From contig OZ243916.1 of assembly GCA_965213675.1 (NCBI GenBank), positions 256,001 through 320,000 on the forward strand: a stretch of DNA of 64,000 nt. Direction: 5' to 3'. The notes beneath the pieces are model-generated. The model saw only the letters and a program-made list of their open reading frames with translations. It made no database searches and was not told where the DNA came from. The translations under genes were made by a program, and so were the position numbers. Below, one piece after another: positions 54,836 through 63,772 of this stretch (within the stretch, counting starts at the first letter, position 1; each line of letters starts with the position of its first letter). This stretch comes from an uncultured Candidatus Binatia bacterium. Lineage in GTDB: Bacteria; Desulfobacterota; Binatia; UBA9968; JAJDTQ01.

Positions 54836-55927
54836 CTACACGTGGATCCAGCGTTCCTCCTCCGCGGCGCGCAGGGCGGCGTCGAGCACGCGCTGGGCGG
54901 CGAGGCCGTCGGCGAAGCTGGGTGAGCCGGGGCTGCCGTTGCGGATGGCGTCAACGAAGTCACGGGTGAGCTTGGCGAAGATGAACTCGCCTTGGGCGCG
55001 CTGGGGGTCGGAGTCGTCGAGTCCGCGGGTGTAGCGTTCGGGAATGTCCAGCGGTTCGGGGGAGCGCGTGTCGCCCCGGGCGCCCCATAGGTGGCCGCGC
55101 ACCCAGCCCCGGACGTTGCGGTCGAAGGCGAAGCGCAGCATGCCGGCGTCGCCGTAGATTTCGAGGTTCTGGTAGTTGCTCTTGCGCGCCACCGCGCTCA
55201 GGCGGATGCACGCCGTGGCGCCGCCCGACAGGCGCCCGAGGAGCGTGAAGCTGTCTTCCACCGTCACCGGCCGCAGTGTGCCGTCCCCGTCCGGCAACTC
55301 CGGGATGAAGGTGTCGGCTTGGCCCAAGACGCTTTCAAATTCGCCGATGAGCCAGCGCAGCCGGTCCACCATGTGTACGCCGATGTCCCCCATGACACCG
55401 AAGCCGGCCAGCTCCCGCTGGTGGCGCCAGTAGTGGGTCAGGCCGGGCGTGGCGCGGTTCTCGCTGAACCAGCGGGCCTCCACTTGGTGCACGCGCGCGC
55501 CCACGTAGCCGTCGTCCAGCAGTTCCTTCATGCAGGCCAGGGCCGGAATGTGGCGGTGGTTGAAGGCGGTCATGTGTACGCGCCCGGCGGCCTCCGCCTG
55601 AGCCAGCATGGTCTCGGCCTGGGCGGCGTTCAGTGCCAGGGGCTTTTCGCACAGCAGATGCAGTCCGTGTTGGACGGCAGCGGCGACCATTTCTGCGTGG
55701 AGGTGCGGCGGCGCGACGATGCTCACGGCGTCGAGACCGGGGTGGGCCAGCAACTCCCGGTACTCGGAGTATACCTGGGGTATGCCGTATGCCTTGGCGG
55801 TGGCTTGCGCCTTGTCGCGCGTCCGTTGGCAGAACGCCACAACTTCCGCGTTGTCGGTCGCGCCGAAGCCTTGCAGGTGCTGGATGCCGAAGCCCCCGCC
55901 AATGACCCCTATCTTCACCACTGTCAT
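54836..55927 (-). CDS. Gfo/Idh/MocA family oxidoreductase
   Basis: IGVIGGGFG, HLLCEKPLA, AFNHR, GVMGDIGVHMVD. Confidence 0.92.
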   Translation of the reverse strand: MTVVKIGVIGGGFGIQHLQGFGATDNAEVVAFCQRTRDKAQATAKAYGIPQVYSEYRELLAHPGLDAVSIVAPPHLHAEMVAAAVQHGLHLLCEKPLALNAAQAETMLAQAEAAGRVHMTAFNHRHIPALACMKELLDDGYVGARVHQVEARWFSENRATPGLTHYWRHQRELAGFGVMGDIGVHMVDRLRWLIGEFESVLGQADTFIPELPDGDGTLRPVTVEDSFTLLGRLSGGATACIRLSAVARKSNYQNLEIYGDAGMLRFAFDRNVRGWVRGHLWGARGDTRSPEPLDIPERYTRGLDDSDPQRAQGEFIFAKLTRDFVDAIRNGSPGSPSFADGLAAQRVLDAALRAAEEERWIHV

Positions 55928-56146
55928 GTACTTTCTCCCTCAGGTGGTTTCATTTGGATCAATGCTGTCCCATGGAAATACGAACAAGGAAAAACCTGAC
56001 GCACTCACCTGTGTCGAGATGGAAGCAGCAAACCCCATCAACAGTGAGGTTCAGGTCCATGGTGAACTGTCATACCGCATTGGGGCAGATACTCAACCCC
56101 AGTGTTGCAAACGTGTCGTGGAGAGCGATTCGGAAGACGGCCTACA

Positions 56147-56503
56147 AAGCATCCTTCCGGCGAAGGGAAGCACCATCCCCGCGAAAGCAGGCATCATACC
56201 CGCAGAAGGAAACGTCTTTCCGGCGAAAGGAAGCGTCATACCCGCGGAAGGAAGCATTATTCCCACGAAAGGAAGCATCATTCCCGCAGAAGGAAGCATC
56301 ATTCCTGCGAAAGGAAGCATCATTCTCGCGGAAGGAAGCGTCATACCCGCGAAAGGAGGCATCATTCCCGCGAAAGGAGGCATCATTCCCGCGAAAGGAG
56401 GCATCATTCCTGCGAAAGGAAGCGTCATTCTCGCGGAAGGACACGTCATTCCCACGGAAGGAAACGTCATTCCCGCGAATGGAAGTGCCATTCCGGCAGA
56501 AGG
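56147..56503 (+). repeat. Tandem array of 17 degenerate 21 bp units, consensus AAGC(A/G)TCATTCCCGCGAAAGG (half-REP derived)
   Basis: Exact 21 bp periodicity with no spacers. Confidence 0.95.
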
Positions 56504-56507
56504 AAGA

Positions 56508-56602
56508 GTCATTCCCGCGAAAGCGGGAATCCAGGCGGGGCGTGGGCGGGGACACCGGCCAGTGGGTCCCTCTCTCTGGATTCCCGCTTCCGCGGGAATG
56601 AC
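56508..56602. repeat. REP-like palindrome doublet (GTCATTCCCGCGAAAGCGGGAATCCAG ... CTGGATTCCCGCTTCCGCGGGAATGAC)
   Basis: Two inverted copies of the widespread ATTCCC-N8-GGGAAT REP/dRS3-like palindrome about 40 bp apart. Confidence 0.88.
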
Positions 56603-56900
56603 GTCTCGTAATATTTCCGATAACCCTACTCTGCCGCTCAACCTCACCTACAGTGACATTCCCCAACAACCCTCTCCTTGAAATCCCGTCCCACGTGCCT
56701 CCCGATCCCCTCCTTGCTTCCAGCTTTCGCAGCATTGGGGTCAAGATGGTGCCGAGACATGAATTCGCGAAGCGCGGGCGCACCTACGCGGACGCACCGA
56801 GCGGGGCAGCGGTTGCGGAAAATGACGCGGTTGGGGCGGCTTCTGGCGATCCGATCCCTGGCGGCAGCCTCGGTTACCCGAGCCAAGCAGTTCGGTTCAA

Positions 56901-57077
56901 CTGAAGCGCACCCATTCGAGCGGAGACGGCTTCCGGTTGCTGAATTTGCGCGGGCATCGTTTCGTGCGGTTGATCCTCGCGTCGGTCGCAACCGGCCAGG
57001 ACGGACAGAAGGATGATGAGAATGAGAGGGAGGATGAGCGGCCGGCCATCGAATTGATTCTGTGCTGTCTCGTATAG
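56901..57077 (-). pseudogene. Truncated paralog of the N-terminus of lipoprotein 61978..63570
   Basis: ETAQNQFDGRPLIL...LAGCDRREDQPHETMPAQIQQPEAVSARMGALQ aligns with KTRQSQLNPHSIIL...LVGCDQRDESPNESTLANPQQPGTQSAQLDSLK; stop at 56874. Confidence 0.72.
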
Positions 57078-57276
57078 GCCGTCGAATATGTGCAGGCGGT
57101 CTCCCCGTGGCGCCGTTGTCGAGTTCCTGAAGGAGGCTCTCCGGTGCGAACTCCACGGCGTGTCACGCGGCGAGGAACGCTGAACGTGAATCTGCATGTT
57201 GGCATCATGGTCGGGGCGCTTGTGTCGCCGCTGCACGGAGCCCTCAGGGCCTGGCAGCGATGTCGCGCGTCAGGAG

Positions 57277-58671
57277 TCAGTGCGGGCCCGCTCCGTTGGC
57301 GGCTTCAAGGCCATAGTGCCGATATACGGCCTCATCCACGTGGCGGCGCTGGTCGACATCGAATTCCCTGTAGTACCATCCCAAGAAATAATCAGCGCCA
57401 AGCTGAAACGGTATCGCTATGAAGACGCCGATCTTGGCGCCGGCCCAAGCTCCCGCTCCCGCAGCCACGCCGCCGGCCGGAAAAGCAGCGATTCCGCCAA
57501 CGATGGCGCCGACGGTGGTAGCCCCGGCTAAGATGGCCGTCGGAGTGGCGCGACGGAATAGATCACGCTGACTGATGCGGCCCAGGTTGTACTCATGATA
57601 CGCGGTAACCAACCGAAGTCCCTCTACCGCGAACGTGACAGGCAGCAACGCGGCGTTGGCGGCCGGGACCAGTACCCTGCTTGCGGCCAGATTGAAAGTC
57701 GTCAATCGAGCGGCCGAACTCGCGCCCAAGGCTGTTGCCTGGCCGATCCTTCCGATGGCGACGCCTGTCTGCATGTGGGGCAGAAGACTCCCTTGCAGGG
57801 TAGGATCGTTGAACATTCCCCGGGCGACCCCGGCCTGCTGGAATGCATCCCACACCAGTCCGGCTGCCCCCGCAACGCCGAGGATTGCCACGCCCTGTGT
57901 GCCTCTGAATTTCAGCATTGCGGCGGACTGGGCCCTACGGGCTTCCCGGAAGACTTGTCGAGCGCCGACACTCTCCCGGGTCATCGCTCGTTCGATCGCG
58001 CGCGCCTGCCCCGTCACGTTGGTGCGATTCCACCGACCCTCAAGCCTAGGCTCACCGGGCCGGCCCATCGTGTGAGGGGTCCTTACGACGCCCGTGACAA
58101 GGCGATTCTTCTGCGCGGCCACGATTACCCGGGCCGACTCGACCCGGGCTTGTCTGGTTGCGTTGGGCGACATGATGACCCTTCGAGCAGACCAGATCGT
58201 ATTTGGGTTCGTGCCTTGTGAAGAACCGTAGGTGATAGTGGGCCTGGAGTTGCCTCCTTTCGCTTCGATCACACGGACGACACCCGTCCGGCGGTCCCAA
58301 TACACGGAGTCCGGTCCCTGGCGGATGCCGCGGTTTCTGGAGCCGAGCAACTGGCTCCAACCGCGTTCCGTAGCAAATCGGGCCCGACCCTGTTCCCCTA
58401 TTCGTTCCGCTAGACGGGCTCGATCATAGAAAAGCGCACCACCATATTCGCGTCGATAGTCGCGCTGAAAATAGTATTTGGGCTCAGCTCCCACAGTCGG
58501 AAAGAGCTTTTGTGCCGTGTCCGGCGTAGCCAACAGCCAAAGCCGCGCCGCCTGCTCCCGTGGTGTCAAGGGCAGGCTCAAGGTTGAGGCGCCGGAACGA
58601 GTCGGTACTGCACTGAAAACCGTCGTGGCCAACACGAACACGGTTACGGCGATTAACTGATGGATTCTCAC
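57277..58671 (-). CDS. Putative exported PD-(D/E)xK nuclease-fold protein with hydrophobic Gly/Ala-rich C-terminus
   Basis: Signal-like N-terminus; ERIGE..G...QGPDSVY...VRVIEAKGG.S...QGT motif; C-terminal GATTVGAIVGGIAAFPAGGVAAGAGAWAGAKIG. Confidence 0.65.
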   Translation of the reverse strand: MRIHQLIAVTVFVLATTVFSAVPTRSGASTLSLPLTPREQAARLWLLATPDTAQKLFPTVGAEPKYYFQRDYRREYGGALFYDRARLAERIGEQGRARFATERGWSQLLGSRNRGIRQGPDSVYWDRRTGVVRVIEAKGGNSRPTITYGSSQGTNPNTIWSARRVIMSPNATRQARVESARVIVAAQKNRLVTGVVRTPHTMGRPGEPRLEGRWNRTNVTGQARAIERAMTRESVGARQVFREARRAQSAAMLKFRGTQGVAILGVAGAAGLVWDAFQQAGVARGMFNDPTLQGSLLPHMQTGVAIGRIGQATALGASSAARLTTFNLAASRVLVPAANAALLPVTFAVEGLRLVTAYHEYNLGRISQRDLFRRATPTAILAGATTVGAIVGGIAAFPAGGVAAGAGAWAGAKIGVFIAIPFQLGADYFLGWYYREFDVDQRRHVDEAVYRHYGLEAANGAGPH

Positions 58672-58771
58672 GATCCGTCCTCCGGAAATTCCTGCGATGG
58701 GTTCATTTCGGCCTTCGAATCACCGCCGACTGCCTCCGCAACCCTGTCAACGATAGGCTCCGCCTCGACAT

Positions 58772-60385
58772 TCAGTTGGCGGTCTGTACGGGTTGAAGGG
58801 AAGCAATCGCCCGTTTCCCCAGACGCCACAGGAGAGCACCATTCACGGCTCCTTCCGCTACTCTGGGGAGCACGCGGCCGACCAGGTCTCCCACGATTCC
58901 GCTCGTTTCGCTCCACAACGTGTCCATGATCGCTTCGGTGCCTTGCTGCGCCAAGCCAGCAAAATAAGTCTGCTGTATGGAACGTGCTAAGATCGCGGCC
59001 GTCTGCCCGACGGCGGGGCGCAGTCCGTAGAGGAACGTTAGTTCCTCGATCATCGCCGCGCATGCGTACAGCACGGCACCGTTGTCGAGCACTGCCAACC
59101 GGGAAACGGCGGTTCCCGCCGCCACACGCGTTGCCCAGTGTTTGATGCGACGTTCCGCCGCGCGATCCAGGATCGACTGGAATTGGCTGCGGAACTCCGA
59201 AAGCCACGCGTCCGACGGCTTGGATTCGTCGTTCGCCAAGAGCGACCGCCGCTCGAGTACAAGGCTATCCCACTCGCCGTCGGTCAAGCCGAGGCCCTTC
59301 AAACGCCTGCAAGCCTCGTCGTTGAGTTGGTAGTTTTCAAGGTAATTTCGCAATTTGTGAATTGCCTGTTCTGCATGTTCCTCAACCAGAGCCTGCATGT
59401 GCCGGCGCTCTTGAAGGGCCTGGATCGCGCGTAGGTTGACAGATGGACTGCGCTGCAAACGGAACAGCGCGACGGCGAGTCGTAGTATCATCCAAGTCAG
59501 AATCCCGGCGAAGAGAAGGGCCAAAAAGCCCATGATCCAGTTGAACGGCACCGGCAGGGTCGCGATGCTGGAAATGGCCGCCGTAACCTGAGACACGACG
59601 AAGAGTCCGAGCACGGCCGCCAAGGCAAGCCCGCCCCAAGTCAGGGCGCGACGGATGCCGGAGGGCAGCGCGAAAGCCGCGGGCTGTTGCAGCTCTTTCT
59701 CGAACTGTCGCCGCAACGCCTGGTCCTCCACGCACCTGGCCTCTTCGATCTCCTGTTCGCTCAAGACTCGGGCACCGTCCATCCGGGATCGGGGCGTTCC
59801 CAAGCCATGGTCACCCTGCCTCAGTTCCGGAAAGTCTGTGGTCGTGGCCTCGGCATCCAGGTTTGCGACTTGCTGCACTTCCGTGCCGTAGCTCTGTTGT
59901 GACTCCTGTTCGCTCAAGACTCGGGCACCGTCCATCCGGGATCGGGGTGTTCCCAACCCATGGTCACCCTGCCTCAGTTCCAGAGAGTCGATGGTCGTGC
60001 CCTCGGCACCCAATTTTGCGAGTTGCTGTGGTTGTGTGTCGGAACTCTGCCGTGACTCCTCGTCGACCAGGCGAGGCGTGCTTTCGATTTCTTGAGCACT
60101 CAGCACTGAGGAGGGTTCCTTCGGAGATGGAAGCGTTTCCGACCGGTGGTCACCTGCCGCCGGTTCCGGCGCCTCTGTAGTCGTGGTGTTGGGTTCCACG
60201 GTTGCGAATGGTTGCGGTTCCGTGTCGGACTGCTGCCGCGACTCCTCCGGTTCCGGTCGCTGCGTTTCCTCGATCTCCTGATTGCTCAGCACTCTGGCGC
60301 CGTCCATCCGGGATCGGGGTGTCCCCAACCCGTAGTCGCCCTGCCTTGATCCCGGTGTATCCTTGTTCGTTGTCTTGGTATCCAT
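58772..60385 (-). CDS. ycjF: YcjF family (DUF697) membrane protein with repeat-expanded N-terminus
   Basis: Two TM helices then LDRAAERRI...TAVSRLAVLD...LYGLRP...EGAVNGALLWRLGKRAI..LQP, matching YcjF C-terminus; directly after ycjX. Confidence 0.82.
   Translation of the reverse strand: MDTKTTNKDTPGSRQGDYGLGTPRSRMDGARVLSNQEIEETQRPEPEESRQQSDTEPQPFATVEPNTTTTEAPEPAAGDHRSETLPSPKEPSSVLSAQEIESTPRLVDEESRQSSDTQPQQLAKLGAEGTTIDSLELRQGDHGLGTPRSRMDGARVLSEQESQQSYGTEVQQVANLDAEATTTDFPELRQGDHGLGTPRSRMDGARVLSEQEIEEARCVEDQALRRQFEKELQQPAAFALPSGIRRALTWGGLALAAVLGLFVVSQVTAAISSIATLPVPFNWIMGFLALLFAGILTWMILRLAVALFRLQRSPSVNLRAIQALQERRHMQALVEEHAEQAIHKLRNYLENYQLNDEACRRLKGLGLTDGEWDSLVLERRSLLANDESKPSDAWLSEFRSQFQSILDRAAERRIKHWATRVAAGTAVSRLAVLDNGAVLYACAAMIEELTFLYGLRPAVGQTAAILARSIQQTYFAGLAQQGTEAIMDTLWSETSGIVGDLVGRVLPRVAEGAVNGALLWRLGKRAIASLQPVQTAN
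59740..60350 (-). repeat. Four degenerate intragenic units in YcjF (RQGD(Y/H)GLGTPRSRMDGARVLSxQE core, three well conserved)
   Basis: DNA repeat visible at about 59750-59830, 59900-59980 (153 bp apart) and 60275-60345, plus a degenerate unit at about 60090-60160. Confidence 0.85.
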
Positions 60386-60396
60386 GGCAGCCCTCC

Positions 60397-61764
60397 CTAC
60401 ATGGCGACAAAGTCGAATACGGCGTTCAAATTTCGATGCAGAGGAGGCCTCTGGCGGTTGCGCGGCAAACGAGGGGCCACATCGGGAAACTGGTAACCAT
60501 CCGGATCCCAGTCGCCCGGCCAATCCTCTGGCAGCGAGGACACGAAAAACTCCATGCGTAAACGGTCTGGATTGTCGTGCATCGGGACACCGCCTAGATG
60601 GTCATCGTCCATCTTGTCCGTCCGAAAGGTGGAGACGCAGGAGCTGCAGTCAAACCATCTTACATCCGCATTGGGACACAGTTCCCTTACACGCCGGGTC
60701 ATGCTGTGCAACAAGGACTTCATACGACCCTTGTCCAGGTCGGCCGTCTTGACGAGGTCGGCTTTTGTAGCGACAAAGGCCACCCGTTGCACCGCGGGTG
60801 ACCAGAACTTCAATTTTCTGAACAGGCTGCGGATGGAGGAATGATCCTGCATGTGTTCGAACAACGCCTGCAGGACCTGGCGATTGTCGTTGTAACGATC
60901 AACGCCGCCGAGAAGAAGTGATCGGATATCCACCAGTACGATCAGGCTGTGGACGCTGGTCATTTTCTCGAATACTGGCATGACCACATCCGCGCGGTAG
61001 TGTTTGTAGCGCGCGTTCATCGCTTGTAACAAACTGGGATCCTTGTCCAGCAGGTGTGCCGACAGCGGGGCGAACCGACTCGACAGCTCCGAACGATGAA
61101 GCCGTTCCTCGGCCATTTTATCCGGTTGATCGGGCCTAACCACATTGCCGTGACGACTCAACATGAACTCTGACGGCGATACCAGGGGCCGGTATTTCAA
61201 TGCGAATCGCGCCAAAAGCGTCCAATAGCTGCGAACGACCTGTTGCAACCGGTCGAAGGGCGTCTCAGTGTCGTGCTGCGACGGTTTGACGGACACAGCC
61301 AGGATGGCCTCCAGTTCCTGCTCGTATGCCTTGATCGCGTCCCAGCGAGAGGAGTCGCTGGCCAATTGTGCAAGCATGTAGCGGGACCAAAGGGCGAAAT
61401 CGTCATGCAGCGCAATCCCCACGTCCGCGATACGCTCGCCAGGGAAATCGAAGAATTCCAGCTGTTGTTTCCATCGTTGGTCAGAGCGGGTGAAGGTGCA
61501 TACGTAACGATGGTCGTGCGTCGTCTTCATGGGCCAACGACTCTCTTCCGCGGCCATGAGACTCCGAAACTGCTCGAACGGAAAAGCCATTGGGGTCGGA
61601 ACTTCACGAAATCGAGTGATCTTCGCCTTGTTTTCGAGTTCAAAGTTCATGCTGTCGAATTCGTGCAGGTGCCATAACAGAGAGGTCAGGAATGCGGTCT
61701 TGCCGCTGTTCTGCAGGCCAGTGAGGGCAATCTTTCTTTTTTTCGTGGTCAGGTCGAATGCCAT
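60397..61764 (-). CDS. ycjX: YcjX family P-loop NTPase (GTP-binding)
   Basis: IALTGLQNSGKTAFLTSL (G1), FFDFPGE (G3), FVATKADLV (G4), C-terminal PLHRNLNAVFDF. Confidence 0.88.
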   Translation of the reverse strand: MAFDLTTKKRKIALTGLQNSGKTAFLTSLLWHLHEFDSMNFELENKAKITRFREVPTPMAFPFEQFRSLMAAEESRWPMKTTHDHRYVCTFTRSDQRWKQQLEFFDFPGERIADVGIALHDDFALWSRYMLAQLASDSSRWDAIKAYEQELEAILAVSVKPSQHDTETPFDRLQQVVRSYWTLLARFALKYRPLVSPSEFMLSRHGNVVRPDQPDKMAEERLHRSELSSRFAPLSAHLLDKDPSLLQAMNARYKHYRADVVMPVFEKMTSVHSLIVLVDIRSLLLGGVDRYNDNRQVLQALFEHMQDHSSIRSLFRKLKFWSPAVQRVAFVATKADLVKTADLDKGRMKSLLHSMTRRVRELCPNADVRWFDCSSCVSTFRTDKMDDDHLGGVPMHDNPDRLRMEFFVSSLPEDWPGDWDPDGYQFPDVAPRLPRNRQRPPLHRNLNAVFDFVAM

Positions 61765-61977
61765 GTTGTAGGAGTCCTTTGAGTGTGGCCGGCTTCTCTT
61801 GGGATCGACGCGTCGTGGTCGCGGTTGGTCGTGTTGATCCCGCCGGGTGGCCGGTTCGGTTGGAGTTGTCTTCACCAGCATGGTCACCCCATTTGGGCAA
61901 AACCCAAGGCAAGGCGTGAGCCGGCAACACGTTGAAGGCCGAAGTGGTAGTGGCAAGCTACTCCAAGGGACAATAGC

Positions 61978-63570
61978 TCACGAGCCGTCCTCCAGGAAAT
62001 GGCGTATCGGCTTCTTCTTGGCCAGCGCTGACTGTTGCGCTACTTCCATCTGCTCGCGGCGACCGTCCAGCTTGTTCCAACCATCTCGAAACGCCTGTTG
62101 GTATAGCTCGGCGACGGGCAGGTCCAGCAAGGCGCGGTTGATGGGCAGGAGGTAGACGATCATGGCTTGCCGGACTACTTGATGCTCCGAGGGGTGGGGG
62201 TCATGTAAGCGCAACAACTTGAGAAACAACCGCGGCATGCGCTGCTCGGTGGCCCACTTGGAGTAGTCGTCAAGCGCAGCTTTGAACTTCCTGATTTCGG
62301 CAAGTGCCCAACCCTGATACGACCGCACCGCGCGAGCGTGGCGCTCTTCAGCCTGTCGAGTCGCTTCGGTCTCGTGGGTGGCTACGGCACGACGCAACTC
62401 TCTTTCCAACCGTTCGTGGGCCGGCGCCTGGACGCCGTTCAGAGCCAGTGCCACACGGGACGCTGCCACCCGCTGCAGTAGTGCCCTGAGAGCGGTCACG
62501 TGGACTGCGTGTCGAGCGCGCTCCGCTCTCCGAAGTAGCAACGGACGCCATTGAGGCTGATGAGCTTCATAGATGGCCGGTAGATCGGGCTTCAGTTGCT
62601 GTACGGTCTGCCATTCGCTTCGCAAGATGTCGGCCTGCTCAACGGCTTGGCGTCGCAGCCTCAATTTATCAAGCTTCTGTCGCAGGGCCGGGACATCGAC
62701 GTCGGGGTCAACGACCTCCTGGTCTAGCGCAGCGATTTCGAGCGCGTCGTAGAGCGTGCCAACCTCTGCCACGTTGGCGGTGGCGCCCTGAGTTCCCTCC
62801 AGGAGTTCTTCAGCCTGCTGTACGGCCTCGGTGACGCGCCGCCGAGTAGCCTCGCCAAGGAGTGCGTTGGCGCACTCCTGTATCAGCGAAACCAACTCCC
62901 CAGCGGTGCCTTCCGGTGTGGCTGTCGCCAAGGCACCCGCCAAGGCACGCAGCTGGTCGACCCGTTGATCCAGTTGGTCAAGCGACAGGGTCTCATCGGA
63001 CGGTACATTCAGATGCTTCCAGCCGTTCCTGCATGTCGTTGGGGTTGTACTCGCGGCGAGCGGCGGAGCTGCATCCGGCGCGTCATTCAAAGTCGTGAAT
63101 ACCATCGCCGCCCAACGGATTCGCGAGAGCCGCGGAAGGTACTGCGGTTCGGCCCATAATGGGAGGCCAGTGACCAGCGCGGATACCCCCTCAAGGAAGC
63201 TCTCGGCCTCGCCGGGGTTCTTCGGCCATTGGCTGACGTCGCTCACCTGCTCTTCAAGTTCCGCGAGGCGGCTTTCCCACTCAGGAGGCATGGTGGCGAG
63301 GACAACGCGTCTCCGTATCTCTTGCAGGACGTCGGACTGCGCGCCAAAGGCGTTTCGCAGTTGTTGTATCTGGTCCTTCAGCGAATCCAATTGAGCGGAC
63401 TGGGTTCCCGGTTGCTGCGGATTTGCGAGTGTTGATTCGTTCGGCGACTCGTCGCGCTGGTCGCAGCCCACCAAGCCCGCCAGGAGGAGGAGAACGAGGA
63501 TGATGGAGTGAGGATTGAGTTGACTTTGCCGTGTCTTGTGGCGGGGTTTGGGCATTTTGAGCATCCACAT
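61978..63570 (-). CDS. Hypothetical large helical lipoprotein
   Basis: Basic N-region, hydrophobic IILVLLLLAGLVG-C lipobox, coiled-coil-rich body; start uncertain (63570/63555). Confidence 0.72.
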   Translation of the reverse strand: MWMLKMPKPRHKTRQSQLNPHSIILVLLLLAGLVGCDQRDESPNESTLANPQQPGTQSAQLDSLKDQIQQLRNAFGAQSDVLQEIRRRVVLATMPPEWESRLAELEEQVSDVSQWPKNPGEAESFLEGVSALVTGLPLWAEPQYLPRLSRIRWAAMVFTTLNDAPDAAPPLAASTTPTTCRNGWKHLNVPSDETLSLDQLDQRVDQLRALAGALATATPEGTAGELVSLIQECANALLGEATRRRVTEAVQQAEELLEGTQGATANVAEVGTLYDALEIAALDQEVVDPDVDVPALRQKLDKLRLRRQAVEQADILRSEWQTVQQLKPDLPAIYEAHQPQWRPLLLRRAERARHAVHVTALRALLQRVAASRVALALNGVQAPAHERLERELRRAVATHETEATRQAEERHARAVRSYQGWALAEIRKFKAALDDYSKWATEQRMPRLFLKLLRLHDPHPSEHQVVRQAMIVYLLPINRALLDLPVAELYQQAFRDGWNKLDGRREQMEVAQQSALAKKKPIRHFLEDGS

Positions 63571-63772
63571 AGGGGTTTTTCCTTTGATGTTTGAGGTGCC
63601 CTGTCCAGCAGGCCGTGTCGTGAGGTGCCAAGCGGGGACGTAGCAGAACCTCATTGATATGAAAATGAACTGATGATTCGACAATTCAGGGGGTTACGAA
63701 TCGGTACGCCTTGCGCGTCGTCCCCGCCTCGGCCTACCTGCTTTTCGCCTCCGAGCAGGATCGAGGGAAGGC

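Noticed and set aside
56147-56602. CRISPR array
   Set aside because: Units are contiguous 21-mers without unique spacers and there are no cas genes in the window
55608-56783. Heptad-repeat ORFs on both strands (IIPAKG, RKEASFP, FAGMMPP, RGNDASF)
   Set aside because: Open frames follow automatically from a stop-free 21 bp repeat; no RBS or flanking domain supports any one of them, so none is called as a CDS
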